Positions 30,369 to 41,900 of a DNA stretch of 64,000 bases are shown here, in pieces (within the stretch, counting starts at the first letter, position 1; each line of letters opens with the position of its first letter). The position numbers and the translations under genes are program-made. The stretch lies in IMG/VR virus record IMGVR_UViG_3300042945_003044; one strand, 5' to 3'. Below the pieces are notes generated by a model. It was not told the origin of the DNA. It searched no databases and worked only from the letters and a program-made list of their open reading frames with translations. This stretch comes from a virus.

Positions 30369-31013
30369 ATGTCAACTACCGAACCTGGGTCAGAACTTAT
30401 TTCTCAACCCACTCCAACTCCAACAATTACTCCAACGGCTACTAATAAGCCGTGTATCAAGCCACCCAGAATATCATTTGATAATGGTAGTAAAACATCA
30501 TTGACTGGAACAGAATGCTGCTGCCCGGACAGCATCATATTGAAGTGCGAGCATCTTCATCCTGGGAAAAAATATACAGCTAAAATCGTTAGCATGGGTC
30601 CAGCAAAATCTAGAATATTTCCCAATTCCATATCCTTTGTAGCCTCACAAAGAACTCAGGAGTTAGAGTTTTTTAGTCAATTTGTATGCGATGATAATAA
30701 CATCAGACCTCTTAAAAATGCTGCATATATTTTACAAATTAATAATGCTAATAATTTAGATATGTCAAGACTCGATATCGGATTATTAGATGTTAAGTAT
30801 GGAAATACCACTATCGGCAGTAATAAATATAATTTATTTATAGATACAAATAGTCGTAAGATATTTGTGGAATTTGATAATGCTTTAATTCCGTCATCCA
30901 CAAACCCTATTACTTTTATGCTTTCTATAGATGGAGATGGTATTGTTGTATTGCCTAGAAATATTATTTTGGACACTGTTGGTATAGTACAAGAGTCTAT
31001 TGCTTTGTCTTAA
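30369..31013 (+). CDS. PT-linker protein with a partial Cys-bracketed domain and a domain paralogous to the middle of 26411-28549
   Basis: Likely start is ATG 30369 (AGGA upstream) rather than GTG 30318; 'ECCC...HLHPGKKY..FPNSISFVAS'. Confidence 0.7.
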   Translation: MSTTEPGSELISQPTPTPTITPTATNKPCIKPPRISFDNGSKTSLTGTECCCPDSIILKCEHLHPGKKYTAKIVSMGPAKSRIFPNSISFVASQRTQELEFFSQFVCDDNNIRPLKNAAYILQINNANNLDMSRLDIGLLDVKYGNTTIGSNKYNLFIDTNSRKIFVEFDNALIPSSTNPITFMLSIDGDGIVVLPRNIILDTVGIVQESIALS

Positions 31014-31115
31014 CTATATCATATAATGATTAATAAAAAAAGAATATGATACTACAGGAGTATCTTTAATTATATATAATTTGTAATATTGCAAATAATA
31101 TAACAGGATAATAAT

Positions 31116-33017
31116 ATGCCGCCATTCTTCCCTCCTCCGCCCAATCCACCAGGAACATCGACTAAATCTTCTGTTGCTATACTATATAACGGCTCGGGAC
31201 TACACAGTATAGTGGGACCAACGCCTTTTATGTCTATAGATAGAACTATTAATAGGGACAATGCTGGTGTGCCAACTAGCATGATTACTTCTATCAATCT
31301 CGATGGGAAAATCGTTAAAACCACAGGGTCTCAGTCTGGTATATCGGCTGTTTATAAAGCCATAAATGATCTTAAAGATCTTTTTACTAAATGCGAGCAA
31401 GGGGTTTTGGAGGTCCAGTGCAATGGTACGAACCTAGCTGAGTTTTCAGGGGTTAGAGTTTCAAATTTTAAGGCAGATAAATCAAGCGACAATTGGGTAT
31501 TTACAGCAGATTATTCTATAGGCTTAGAAATAGTAGAATCTGCTATTAGCGGAGAGCCACCGGTATCGAACACTTCTGATAGTTGGTCTATAGAGCCTAT
31601 AGAGGATTATATCTATATGACCTGGGATTCCGGAGTACAAAAGAAGCCAGAAGGATCCGAAAATACTAGGATAGGCTCTTTAGGCGGTAGTAATTTTAAA
31701 TTTACTAATATGCCCCAGTATAGAGTTTCGCATAGGGTGTCCGCTGCTGGCCTACAATCGTCTGGTAATTCTTCAAGCAGCACTCCTGGTAACAATAATA
31801 CTTCTTGTCCTGCTGGTAAAGCAGGTGAGATGAGTAAGGCCTATTTGAATGCTAAAAAGTGGGTGGAACAAAGACTGGCCTGGCCTTTTCAAGGTAGCGG
31901 GGCCTATATTGCTGGCGGAGGCGCTGGTGGCGGGTCTACTACATTACCTTTTGGTTCTTCGATATCTCTCTTCAACCATGTTAGATCTATTAATTTTAGT
32001 CTCACAGAAGGTTCTTATGAGGTTAATGATAATTGGCTAGCTTTTAATAGTGGGGTGCGATATATAGAAGATTTTTCGATAGAGTCGTCTACTAGTGATA
32101 ATTATACGACTACCGTTAGGGTTCAGGGTACAGTTAGGGGTCTAGAAACAGAAACCACTGGGATATTACGTACTGGCTTAGCTCCTGATAATAGTGGTTT
32201 AATAGGATTAGACTTCGCTAAGGAAACCGCTAATGGTCCACTAACGAGCTCAGGAGGATCAACTAGTTCTCCTTCGTCAGCTACTCCGCCCGCAACAACG
32301 GGAAATATAAAGGCATTCAAATACCAAAATGCCCTAGACGGATGGCTTGATGATATTAAGCCAACTCTTTACACAAGGGCCTGCTCTATAGTCAACAGCA
32401 GAGAGAGAACACAGACTTATGTAAACCCTGCTGCCTCCAACCCTCCTGTGGCACCAATCAACCCCATTTTTGCTAAACAAACTTTGCTTAATGTTATTCC
32501 GGTATCCACCACAGAAGGACATAGTTTATTAAATGGTACCATTTCTTACTCTTATGAGTTTAATAATAAGCAAAATGCTATCAGCGGGACTTTGTCGCAA
32601 AATATCTCTATTACCGATGATGGACCAGCTGATGTAATAGCAGAGACTTTCGTTGTTGGCAGACAATTAGGTCCAATCATACAGAAGATGGGGAAATCTT
32701 CTGCTAGAAAAAGCGTTAGTGTGGAAGTGGTGGTCGTACCACCTTCTAGTATAAGTGAGTTTTTACAAGTTAACTCAAGTTGTCCCTTATATACTGGTGG
32801 CTATATATATCAGACTATCGATACTATTATAAGCGGTTTACAGCCTTTCGGGGCGCAGGTTACTCCCATATGGCCCCAAAGCAGAGGAGCAATACCGGGG
32901 AATGTTTTTTTGAATAGCGATAATAGAACTTGGAATCCTACAGAAGGAAGATATAGCAGGAGCGTTTCCTGGACATATCAAACGTGTCAAGCCACAGATA
33001 ACTGGATGAATCATTAA
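31116..33017 (+). CDS. Putative distal tail/hub structural protein (633 aa)
   Basis: Beta-rich and Gly/Ser-rich with repeated strand modules ('DYSIGLE', 'GSYEVNDNW', 'GTISYSYEF', 'GRYSRSVSWTY'); precedes two giant tail genes. Confidence 0.5.
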   Translation: MPPFFPPPPNPPGTSTKSSVAILYNGSGLHSIVGPTPFMSIDRTINRDNAGVPTSMITSINLDGKIVKTTGSQSGISAVYKAINDLKDLFTKCEQGVLEVQCNGTNLAEFSGVRVSNFKADKSSDNWVFTADYSIGLEIVESAISGEPPVSNTSDSWSIEPIEDYIYMTWDSGVQKKPEGSENTRIGSLGGSNFKFTNMPQYRVSHRVSAAGLQSSGNSSSSTPGNNNTSCPAGKAGEMSKAYLNAKKWVEQRLAWPFQGSGAYIAGGGAGGGSTTLPFGSSISLFNHVRSINFSLTEGSYEVNDNWLAFNSGVRYIEDFSIESSTSDNYTTTVRVQGTVRGLETETTGILRTGLAPDNSGLIGLDFAKETANGPLTSSGGSTSSPSSATPPATTGNIKAFKYQNALDGWLDDIKPTLYTRACSIVNSRERTQTYVNPAASNPPVAPINPIFAKQTLLNVIPVSTTEGHSLLNGTISYSYEFNNKQNAISGTLSQNISITDDGPADVIAETFVVGRQLGPIIQKMGKSSARKSVSVEVVVVPPSSISEFLQVNSSCPLYTGGYIYQTIDTIISGLQPFGAQVTPIWPQSRGAIPGNVFLNSDNRTWNPTEGRYSRSVSWTYQTCQATDNWMNH

Positions 33018-33022
33018 AAATT

Positions 33023-36000
33023 ATGCTATCAGTACCATGTTCAACAGAGGGTCCGCAGCCCAAGCCAATAGCTCAAACACTGTTTTTAGGAGCAAGTGTT
33101 AGTAGTTTTAATGCTAATATGGGTTGGGGCGGTCAGCCATCTACGGTTTCGATTACTCTAGTGGAAGACAAGGGGTGTGAAGGAATACCTCAAATAACAT
33201 CGACCACTAGTTACGAACCCAATCATTATTATACCTGCACCGGCGACAACTGCTATATTGATGAAAGAGGTAATGCTTTTAACGCTTATAGTACTCCAAA
33301 GCCAAAAGAAAAATTGATTCCTGGAAAAGTTTACTATAAATTCGACGAGCAGCATGGTTTTGCGTCGGAGTACCTTAGAACAGGAGATCCCGGTTTTTTT
33401 GGAACCGCTACCACTTTAGGGGCTGCTGGCGATCCGCCCGTACCAGTTAGTTATGATATAATAGGTACGCCTGTTTATTTTAAGATGCAGGATTTTGCAT
33501 TTGCGGGTCTGGTTCAATCATGGGAACGAGAGGTTAGTAGCGGAGGCGCGACTTATAGAGTGTCTATAGAAGGACCAGATAATATACTAAATAATAGTTG
33601 GATTATTATAGGAGATTATTCTGGTGCAGTATTTACAAAAGCTCAAAGCTCCACTGTTCTATACGGAGGACCAGTAAATTCATCAACTAATGATATGTCG
33701 GGCCTAGGTACTTTGAGCCAAGGGGCCATACCAAACGTTTTTAATGTGTACGGCTTTTTAGAATCTTGTGGAGTAGATAACTTCGGAGCTGCTAAAATTA
33801 ATGATAATGGATTGAAAGCTAAAGATATCAAAGACGCTTTGTTGGTATTAACATCATCGTATCGCAGTGATGACGGGCTCGATCAACTGGATCAATTGAA
33901 TAAAAATAGATTTTCTCCATTTGGCAGAATACTGGTGAAGTCGATACAAAAAGAATCTGATCTTTCAAGAATATCGACGATAAATAGTTACGGGGTTATA
34001 CCTCCGTTCCCGGACCGTAATGGACAATTGAGATGTCAATGTGTTTTAGATTTAGATGAACTTCCAGATGTGCCAGATGATTTTAGGATTTCTGGATCGG
34101 TAATTAGTATTATGGATTTTGTTCGACAGATTACCGATGAGGCAGGATATGATTTTTATTGGGAAATGATTCCGATAATGGCATTTGATAATAGTACACA
34201 GGTTATTAGTGTTATTAAGCTGCATACAGTATCTAGAAGATTTCAGCCGGCGACACATATGATTAAAGATACCATAGCCGCCTATGAGGCCAATGGTATA
34301 CCCATATCAACTGGTAGTCTCGGAAAAGAAAATAATCCCAGTAATATTAGAAGCTTATTATTTGGTCCACCGATACAAAGACTATATCAGACCAAGAGCT
34401 ATAGATTAGCATACACACAATCTAATTATATATTCGATAGTGTGTTAAATCAGTTCGTTAACTATCATGCTTTACCAGGTAACCTTTTAGGTAAAATAAG
34501 ATTTCCAACAGGATATTCTCAAAGAAATCCATATGTTTCTGAAACAATGAATGGCTCAGAAAATCATAGTTTATTAAATATGTCTGAGGAGATTAGGCCA
34601 ACCGGTCAAAGATTTAATAGCGACGATACTGCATACGATGACCCTTGGGGTAGTACAAATACTATTAAGCACGGTAATTATGGTCCAACAGAGAATATCA
34701 ATCCGTCGCCAGCGGGATCGCAGACCAGACCGGCTAGATTCATACCGCTATATGAAGATGTAATTTGTCCATTTTTTGGATATCAAAACGAAGAAAATAT
34801 TGAGATGTCAACGGGATCGGATAGTAATGTATTTCGTAGAATTAGGCCAGTATGGTTTGATACGTGGACCGGTCAGATTATTGTGGCTATGTATGTTTCC
34901 GAACTACCTATTACTAGTGTGCCTCTACGATCTTTGTTTACCGCAGGATCTTTTTTTTCCATAGGAGAATCAGAGATTCGCGCTGCTATGTCAGGACCCG
35001 AAGCTTATCTTATATACTGTTTAGAAAAAATCTTTAAACCAGATTTATTCTTAATGCTCTTAGCGGCGTATAAAACAGCTGGTAGTCCTATTTCGGAAAC
35101 TTTTGGATCATGGCAACAACAGGCTAATGCTGCTGGATCTACTGGCATACCCGATGAACCTCGTCCTGATCAACCGGATTTAGCGGGCTCTAGCTTTGAT
35201 GTATTTTTACATCCTAATTTTTTAAGAGATTTTGATATCTTGACTAGTTTTGTAGCTAATCTTGGACAAAAATATTATGGTAAAAAATATATGGTTAGAA
35301 TGCCGGGGGTCAGAGCTTATAAAGATCAGCAGTATTTTGATATAACTGCTCCGGCCAACTCTTCCCCATTTTTTGTATACCAAGGTAGCGGCAAGATTTT
35401 CTATAATTACGAACCGTGTTCTGAAGCATGGGAAGAGCCTCAAAATTATATAGACGATACTATTGCGGTTGGTTCATCGGATTATTTTACTTTGGCTAAT
35501 GATAATGCTTGTATTCCTCCTATTGTGGGGTATAATGCTTCTGACAATTTTGATAGAACACGATTCTTTTTGAGCACTTTACCGAATATCAATGCCTTCA
35601 TAGGTGCTTTGGGTAGAAATGCCGGAGATAAGGACGGCAAATTGCATCAGGATCTTTTGGTTCAGTGGCAGGCTGCCAAGGCAGGCGGAATAAATCGACC
35701 ATTAAGCGACTTTACGCTTCCTAGTTTAGATATTTCCAGCCTGTCTGCTTCGGAATACATAGTGAAACCAGTGGCTGCTCATCCCGACGCGTTTGGCAAT
35801 ACGTTGCCAGAAGCAGTATGTAAAAAACTCTATGTTAAAACAACCTCAGAAGAGGGTTTTGCGTTTTTATATCCTGAAACCATGAGAGGGCCGAGAGTAA
35901 TAATAGACGCTCCTGGTATTCAGTTAGCATCTAGCAGCTTATCTTATGAAACAGATCCATCGTCTACAATAATAGCAAATGTGTCAATTGAAGACCTAGG

Positions 36001-38986
36001 CATATATTACAAGGCGACACAAGAAAATGGTGGGACTATAGACGTCCCCTTTGTAAAATATATGCTAAGTTATTGTGCCCCAATATTTAACGGAGCTTTT
36101 TTAAGAGGCAATCCTCATAATATATCATCTCTTTATCCTTCCTTACAGCCAAAGGCTGCTCATCCCTTTTTTGCGGCTATACCTGTTAAATCCAAGATTT
36201 TTTCCTATGGACCATGGACGAATTATCCTTATTTGATAAGAGAAGAAATTTTTCCAACACATAATGTGTCAGCCGCGTCCAATGGGGTAGAAAACCTAAT
36301 CGGAGGAGTCAAAGTAGAATATGATCAGGATTTAGCGCCATGGAATTATGGCAATATGTCTTTGTTAGATAGGGTAGCTGTCAAAAAAATACAAGCCATG
36401 GCTAATTATCAGCCAGTAGGAGAAATGGGCAGTATACAAACTCCTGGTTTACCGATATTCGGTATTGGATCAAGGTTTATCAGCAGGACCGCTCAAACTT
36501 ATGGTAGTCTTCCAACGAGCCAGACTATTCATAATAATGTTCTATATACTAGATCGTCTAGTAGTACCGCAGTATATACTGATGAAAAAGCATCAGGATC
36601 ACCGTTACCGGAAATCGTATCTAGAATGTTTGGTGGTAATATAGTAAATCCTCCAAATCCAACAACACAAACCTCCTTAACTTATAATTTATTGACTTTG
36701 ACGGCGCCGGACGAACAATTAGCCCCCATCATCACTAGTATTAGTATTAGTTTTGGTAGAGACATCACCACAACATATGGATTTAGAACACATACTAGAA
36801 AACTGGCTCTTTTTAACAAAGCTGATACTGACAGAACCAAAGAGTTCGCTCTACAAAATATAAAAAGAAATAAACAAATAGCTAATACATATAATAGCTC
36901 ATTAAAAACCATTAATGAACAAAAAGATAATATACGTAAAGGCATAGGGTCTGGTAAAGGATATGCTAATCAAGCTAATTTGTCTCAAAAGCGCAAAAAG
37001 TTTTATGATTGGAGTCCCAGCGTATTATTTATAGGAGGCAGCGTTCCTTTTATACATAATCAGTTTATACGAGAAATACAAGAATCATCTAATGAAACAG
37101 CATCCGATGCTAGGCAGAATGATGAGAATAAACCGGGTAAACCAACGGTTCCAGAAAACGGTATCTCTTTGAGATACGGCGCTGATCCAGGTGACGATGC
37201 CACAAAAGCAGCTAAATTTAATGATGACGCAAAAACAATAGCCACTCTTTATGAAACACATAGACGTAAAACTTTTGTGGGAACATATACTCCCGCGGAC
37301 GCCAAAACAGAGTTGGGCCATGAATATGCGTCCAAATCTGTGATGAGCGTAGATGGTTTGTTTTCTCCAGTTTCTTTCTATCCTACTTGGGCCGGGTCAA
37401 CATCCCATATGTCTGTTTACAATCCGGAACAGTGTCCTTTCTGTAACGGGGATCAAAAGTTAAATGTTAACATTTATAATTATAAAACCAGAGAATCCTC
37501 ACAGGCCAATTTCAAATGCCAACATTGTGGCGTTCAGTCCGTACCCAAAGGTAGCTCAAAAACACAGCTTAAAAAATCTGCGGAGTCTTTACCTCCGTAT
37601 ATTGTTGCTAGTGGAACAGATATTTCTTCGCTATTATCTTTGAATGAGTCCTCATCAACAACACAATCGTCTAGTGATAGCGATTCATCTAGCTCGTCAG
37701 GTTCGGAAGAGGGTGTGGAAATACCTATTAATCTTTTTAGCTTACAGCCTATTGTGGTTCCATACGGTCTTTTCCGTAATCCTAATGCTTCCGTAGAATC
37801 TAGATGTAGACACAGTATTCAGGTGGTGGGTAGAGGCGCTGAACCACCCAAAAATGATATGGGTTTTAATATTAATAGTAATTTAGGAGACTATTATTTA
37901 ACTAATGGAAATAAGCAAAAGCCGAACGAGCAGGGTCAGGGACACAATATAGATTTTTATGAGTATGACATAGCTGGTAATCCCAACAGACTAATGAATC
38001 ATAGATTTTTTGGTTTACGTGGACCTATAACTTTGCATGGCTGGGGATACGATACGGAAGGCTATCCGGTACCCAATGCTGCTGATGAGCCCGTTGAATT
38101 TGATTCTAATGGACGGCCCAAGAGATTCTTGGTCACAATTACGAGAACCGCTAAAACTTATGCTCAGCTAGAAGAAGGTGATGTATTTGAGTTTCCGGTT
38201 GATAATACAGCAAATAAATATATAAAAAGATCTAAGCCTATAGTTGTTAATGATAATGGTGCTTTTAGAGAAATTACAGACGAAGATAATGTCACGCTAT
38301 ATGAAACAGAAAACGATCCCGATAATCCTGGATTATTTGAGGCCGGTGCCAATCAGACCCTGGGAGACATTATAGGCATCGGATGGTCTGTGGAAAACGG
38401 AAAATGGATCAAGAAAAAAAGCAACAAGTTTTATAAAGACTGGGCCGAAAGATCCGATCTATGGCCTGTTGGACCGATAGATTTGAGATGGGATGAAAAT
38501 CGTAGAGTTTGGAGTGTTTCTACATCCGATGTGAGTACAACTTATAAATTTGTTTATGTTACTCTAGAAGAAGATCTAATAAAAGACGATTATACCGATA
38601 CTACTTATGTGGCAAGAGCATTCTTAGACGATGTAGAATATTCCGCAGAGCCATTACAGCAAAACTATAGAAGATTAGTATTTGTTCAAGACAAAGCGGG
38701 TTATACCGCCCCAAGAGGAGCCAAGCTACTATGTCGTTATGATTCCAATACGGGATTTTATGAGCCGATTACTAAGCCGTCTTATATTGTTTACGGTATT
38801 ATTAATAGTGGAAATCAAGCCACCCTTGAAATGAGTTATGTACAAGGAAAACGCAGAGGAGAAAATAATCCTACAATGTTGACCAATTTTGACAATCCAT
38901 TTGGATTTAGAACAATTGTGGGCAATAAGGGTATGTTTAATTTTACGGCCGGAAGATGGATACTGAGCGCCACTAAGGAGTCTTAG
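33023..38986 (+). CDS. Large tail-tip/baseplate hub-like protein (1987 aa)
   Basis: N-terminal 'QTLFLGASVSSFNANMGWGGQPSTVSITLVED' and 'FAGLVQSWE' hub-like motifs; 'PIITSISISFG..ITTTYGF'; CPFC..CQHC zinc ribbon; 'GPIDLRWD'. Confidence 0.6.
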   Translation: MLSVPCSTEGPQPKPIAQTLFLGASVSSFNANMGWGGQPSTVSITLVEDKGCEGIPQITSTTSYEPNHYYTCTGDNCYIDERGNAFNAYSTPKPKEKLIPGKVYYKFDEQHGFASEYLRTGDPGFFGTATTLGAAGDPPVPVSYDIIGTPVYFKMQDFAFAGLVQSWEREVSSGGATYRVSIEGPDNILNNSWIIIGDYSGAVFTKAQSSTVLYGGPVNSSTNDMSGLGTLSQGAIPNVFNVYGFLESCGVDNFGAAKINDNGLKAKDIKDALLVLTSSYRSDDGLDQLDQLNKNRFSPFGRILVKSIQKESDLSRISTINSYGVIPPFPDRNGQLRCQCVLDLDELPDVPDDFRISGSVISIMDFVRQITDEAGYDFYWEMIPIMAFDNSTQVISVIKLHTVSRRFQPATHMIKDTIAAYEANGIPISTGSLGKENNPSNIRSLLFGPPIQRLYQTKSYRLAYTQSNYIFDSVLNQFVNYHALPGNLLGKIRFPTGYSQRNPYVSETMNGSENHSLLNMSEEIRPTGQRFNSDDTAYDDPWGSTNTIKHGNYGPTENINPSPAGSQTRPARFIPLYEDVICPFFGYQNEENIEMSTGSDSNVFRRIRPVWFDTWTGQIIVAMYVSELPITSVPLRSLFTAGSFFSIGESEIRAAMSGPEAYLIYCLEKIFKPDLFLMLLAAYKTAGSPISETFGSWQQQANAAGSTGIPDEPRPDQPDLAGSSFDVFLHPNFLRDFDILTSFVANLGQKYYGKKYMVRMPGVRAYKDQQYFDITAPANSSPFFVYQGSGKIFYNYEPCSEAWEEPQNYIDDTIAVGSSDYFTLANDNACIPPIVGYNASDNFDRTRFFLSTLPNINAFIGALGRNAGDKDGKLHQDLLVQWQAAKAGGINRPLSDFTLPSLDISSLSASEYIVKPVAAHPDAFGNTLPEAVCKKLYVKTTSEEGFAFLYPETMRGPRVIIDAPGIQLASSSLSYETDPSSTIIANVSIEDLGIYYKATQENGGTIDVPFVKYMLSYCAPIFNGAFLRGNPHNISSLYPSLQPKAAHPFFAAIPVKSKIFSYGPWTNYPYLIREEIFPTHNVSAASNGVENLIGGVKVEYDQDLAPWNYGNMSLLDRVAVKKIQAMANYQPVGEMGSIQTPGLPIFGIGSRFISRTAQTYGSLPTSQTIHNNVLYTRSSSSTAVYTDEKASGSPLPEIVSRMFGGNIVNPPNPTTQTSLTYNLLTLTAPDEQLAPIITSISISFGRDITTTYGFRTHTRKLALFNKADTDRTKEFALQNIKRNKQIANTYNSSLKTINEQKDNIRKGIGSGKGYANQANLSQKRKKFYDWSPSVLFIGGSVPFIHNQFIREIQESSNETASDARQNDENKPGKPTVPENGISLRYGADPGDDATKAAKFNDDAKTIATLYETHRRKTFVGTYTPADAKTELGHEYASKSVMSVDGLFSPVSFYPTWAGSTSHMSVYNPEQCPFCNGDQKLNVNIYNYKTRESSQANFKCQHCGVQSVPKGSSKTQLKKSAESLPPYIVASGTDISSLLSLNESSSTTQSSSDSDSSSSSGSEEGVEIPINLFSLQPIVVPYGLFRNPNASVESRCRHSIQVVGRGAEPPKNDMGFNINSNLGDYYLTNGNKQKPNEQGQGHNIDFYEYDIAGNPNRLMNHRFFGLRGPITLHGWGYDTEGYPVPNAADEPVEFDSNGRPKRFLVTITRTAKTYAQLEEGDVFEFPVDNTANKYIKRSKPIVVNDNGAFREITDEDNVTLYETENDPDNPGLFEAGANQTLGDIIGIGWSVENGKWIKKKSNKFYKDWAERSDLWPVGPIDLRWDENRRVWSVSTSDVSTTYKFVYVTLEEDLIKDDYTDTTYVARAFLDDVEYSAEPLQQNYRRLVFVQDKAGYTAPRGAKLLCRYDSNTGFYEPITKPSYIVYGIINSGNQATLEMSYVQGKRRGENNPTMLTNFDNPFGFRTIVGNKGMFNFTAGRWILSATKES

Positions 38987-38988
38987 TT

Positions 38989-41900
38989 ATGTATAAAGAC
39001 GATAAAATTAATCAGTGTACCATATATAATAGCGCCTTTATAGACGATATATTACCATACACATTAGGCTTAAATAGTGACGATCAGCTATCTTTAAAGT
39101 TTAATAATAATGTAGTATCTAATGTAGATTTCAAAATTAATCAACTAAGAGAGCTAATTACTCAGAGCAAAAACTTATTGGGGGTATCGGATCCAGAATT
39201 ATTAAAAGATGTCTGGATTCCTATTTTTATAACTAACGATAATTACGTACAAAATAAAGAAATCAAAAGATATGGCACCAATAAAAAGAAAATTTTTGGT
39301 ATAGAAGACTTTATTAGTTTTCGTGGAGAATATAAAAATTGGATCATTAATAATGCTAATACTAAATTAAGTTCTGATTGGTACACCCACTCTAACGACA
39401 TTTCATATAATATAGATTATAGTATAATGTGTTGGTATAGATTAGAGTCTAATAATATTTATTCAACACATGTTTCTATTAAAAATATACCAAATGGATA
39501 TCCTGTGGTTTGCAATCAGGCATTGTCTTATACGGATAATGGTCGCTCCGTAAACATATCCACAAATGACATCCTGATTAAAAAGAACGACTCCACCCTG
39601 CTCTTGCCGCATAAAGATAATAGTATTATTGGATCTAGTACAGAAATTAGTAGTAGTGCTAATATGACCTTTAATTCTGAACAATCTGTTTTTAATTTAT
39701 CTAAAGTTGAAGACCTCGCAACTCTTAATCCCTTATTTAAAGTACATACTGAAACAATTATGGGTTTAACGACTGACGGCCAGAGGTCCAATGATAGATT
39801 ATGGATAGCAGACGGAGAGGCTTACTCTTACTCTTTGAATAAAAGACGACAAAAAGAGGATTTTTCCTCTGGTATCTGCACCCACACTTATCTTAGCCCC
39901 TCATTGTTTTATAAGGCTAATAGCATATATCACAGATTAACAGCCGCCCAAATAAAACTAGCTAATGGAAGCTCATTACCTAAAGATAAAGCCAAGGCCT
40001 TGCGTAAATTATCTTATTTTTTGGCCACGGCACCAACAATTGATCGAGTATCACTAGATCTTTTGTATCATCCAGAAATACAGCAGCTACTATCCACTTT
40101 TTTAAATACCGATATAGCCGCTAATTTAACCATGACAACAGTGGATATAAATAAAGAAATAACGCTATTTGCTAAATTACTGTATCAAATTATGGTAAGA
40201 TATAAAAACCTTAGTAGTAACGCCACCTTTGTCGGTTCACTATCTTCTTCATTAGTTACATCAAAAAAAGATTTATTCAAACGAATCATTAACAAGTATC
40301 CTGCTCATCTTAGGATAACCTCAGATACTAATGTTTCATATAAACATCTAATGCCAGATGGCCCCAATTTTAGTTGCAGAAGATTATGGAGGTCTTTTTG
40401 CGATAAAACTTTAAGACACAATAATTTTGAAGACCTAGGCCCAGATCAAACATGGAGACTTATTTTATATAATAATGAAAAAATAGAATGTCAAGGACTA
40501 GAACTAGAAACTAATTTTACAAGAAATACCAGTGAAATCTTATTAGATAATACCGGATCTAATGCAGTAGATGCTCCGGAACAAGAACTAAATAATAAGT
40601 TATTACCTTTAGCAGATATTACCAGGTCTCCACTTGGCGCCGTATATAACGTAGGAGGACCTGGAGATTTTGGTACTTCTCCCGCACTTGACCTTGGACC
40701 CTCTATCAAAATAACATTATCAGATGATGATCTGCGTTGGGACTTTACGCAGTCGCCCCCGGCTATAGTTACTGAAAAATCATTTTTCGTAGGGGGTGTT
40801 GATCAAACACAAAATTTTACTAATTATAGAAATAGAGCTTTTTGGGAACAGGTCGAAGGTCCTGATTGTTTAAGGTTTAGTAATTGTGCTATAGACCCTA
40901 ATATTAAGGGAAAATGCGCATATACAATCAAACAAAAAACAACAACAGACGAAATGCCGAAAATTTGGATTCGCAGCACAGGAAAATATGTTGTTAGAAT
41001 GACCATGTTCTCTCCTTTCGATACGCAAACTGACACACTAACTATTTATGTTGCTAATAGTGCTGGTGAGTACGAGCCAGGAAAAATTGTTCCCAGCGAA
41101 GCCATAGATATATCTAGCCGTATTGATGAATTTCCAGCCAATCTTCCAGTAGGCGCAGATTCTGAAAACACTATTCCAAACGACATACTAAAAACAATGT
41201 GTTGTAACTTGAGTCAGTTTGCTCTTGGTAAACAAGGTTTGTTTTGGCCATTAAAATCAGATTCTTATGCTATAGTCCCATTAGCCCCTAACGTGATAGG
41301 TACCACAGGAGACTTTAGTGTGCCTGGTATGGTAAAGCTTCAAGATACTGGGCCTTATTTTGGGGTTAAAAAAAATAACTCCATAAATAATAAACCGTTA
41401 ACGTTTACTATCAAACCTAACAATACCATAATATATATAGACAATATGATATTAGAGCATATAAGAGACGGATCTGATAAATATACTAATTGTAATTCTT
41501 TGTTAATAGATCTTTTATATGCTTCTCCGACCAAATTAGGAAGTAGGCCTACAGGAACTTCCGGATACTATCGAAGACGAAGAGGGCTGGCTCGTACTTT
41601 GAATAGGTTTTTTGCTAGGCACGAAACCCCTACTGTGGCCCCATCTGGAGATATTATTGTTAATTTTGATGATCCTCGCACCTCCATGAAGTTTGCGCCC
41701 CCAGTTAAGGCATATGGGGGATATGATCAAAAGGTCGTCAATAGTCTGGGTATTACTATCCCGTATCATCCGGCTCCAAGCGGTACGATGCCGGTATTGC
41801 TAACTAAGCATAATTTTGAAACACCCGATAATATCTTATGTCATAAAAAATATTTAAATATTAACAGCTCGGGAGATATTATTTTTAGTAAAGGAACTTT

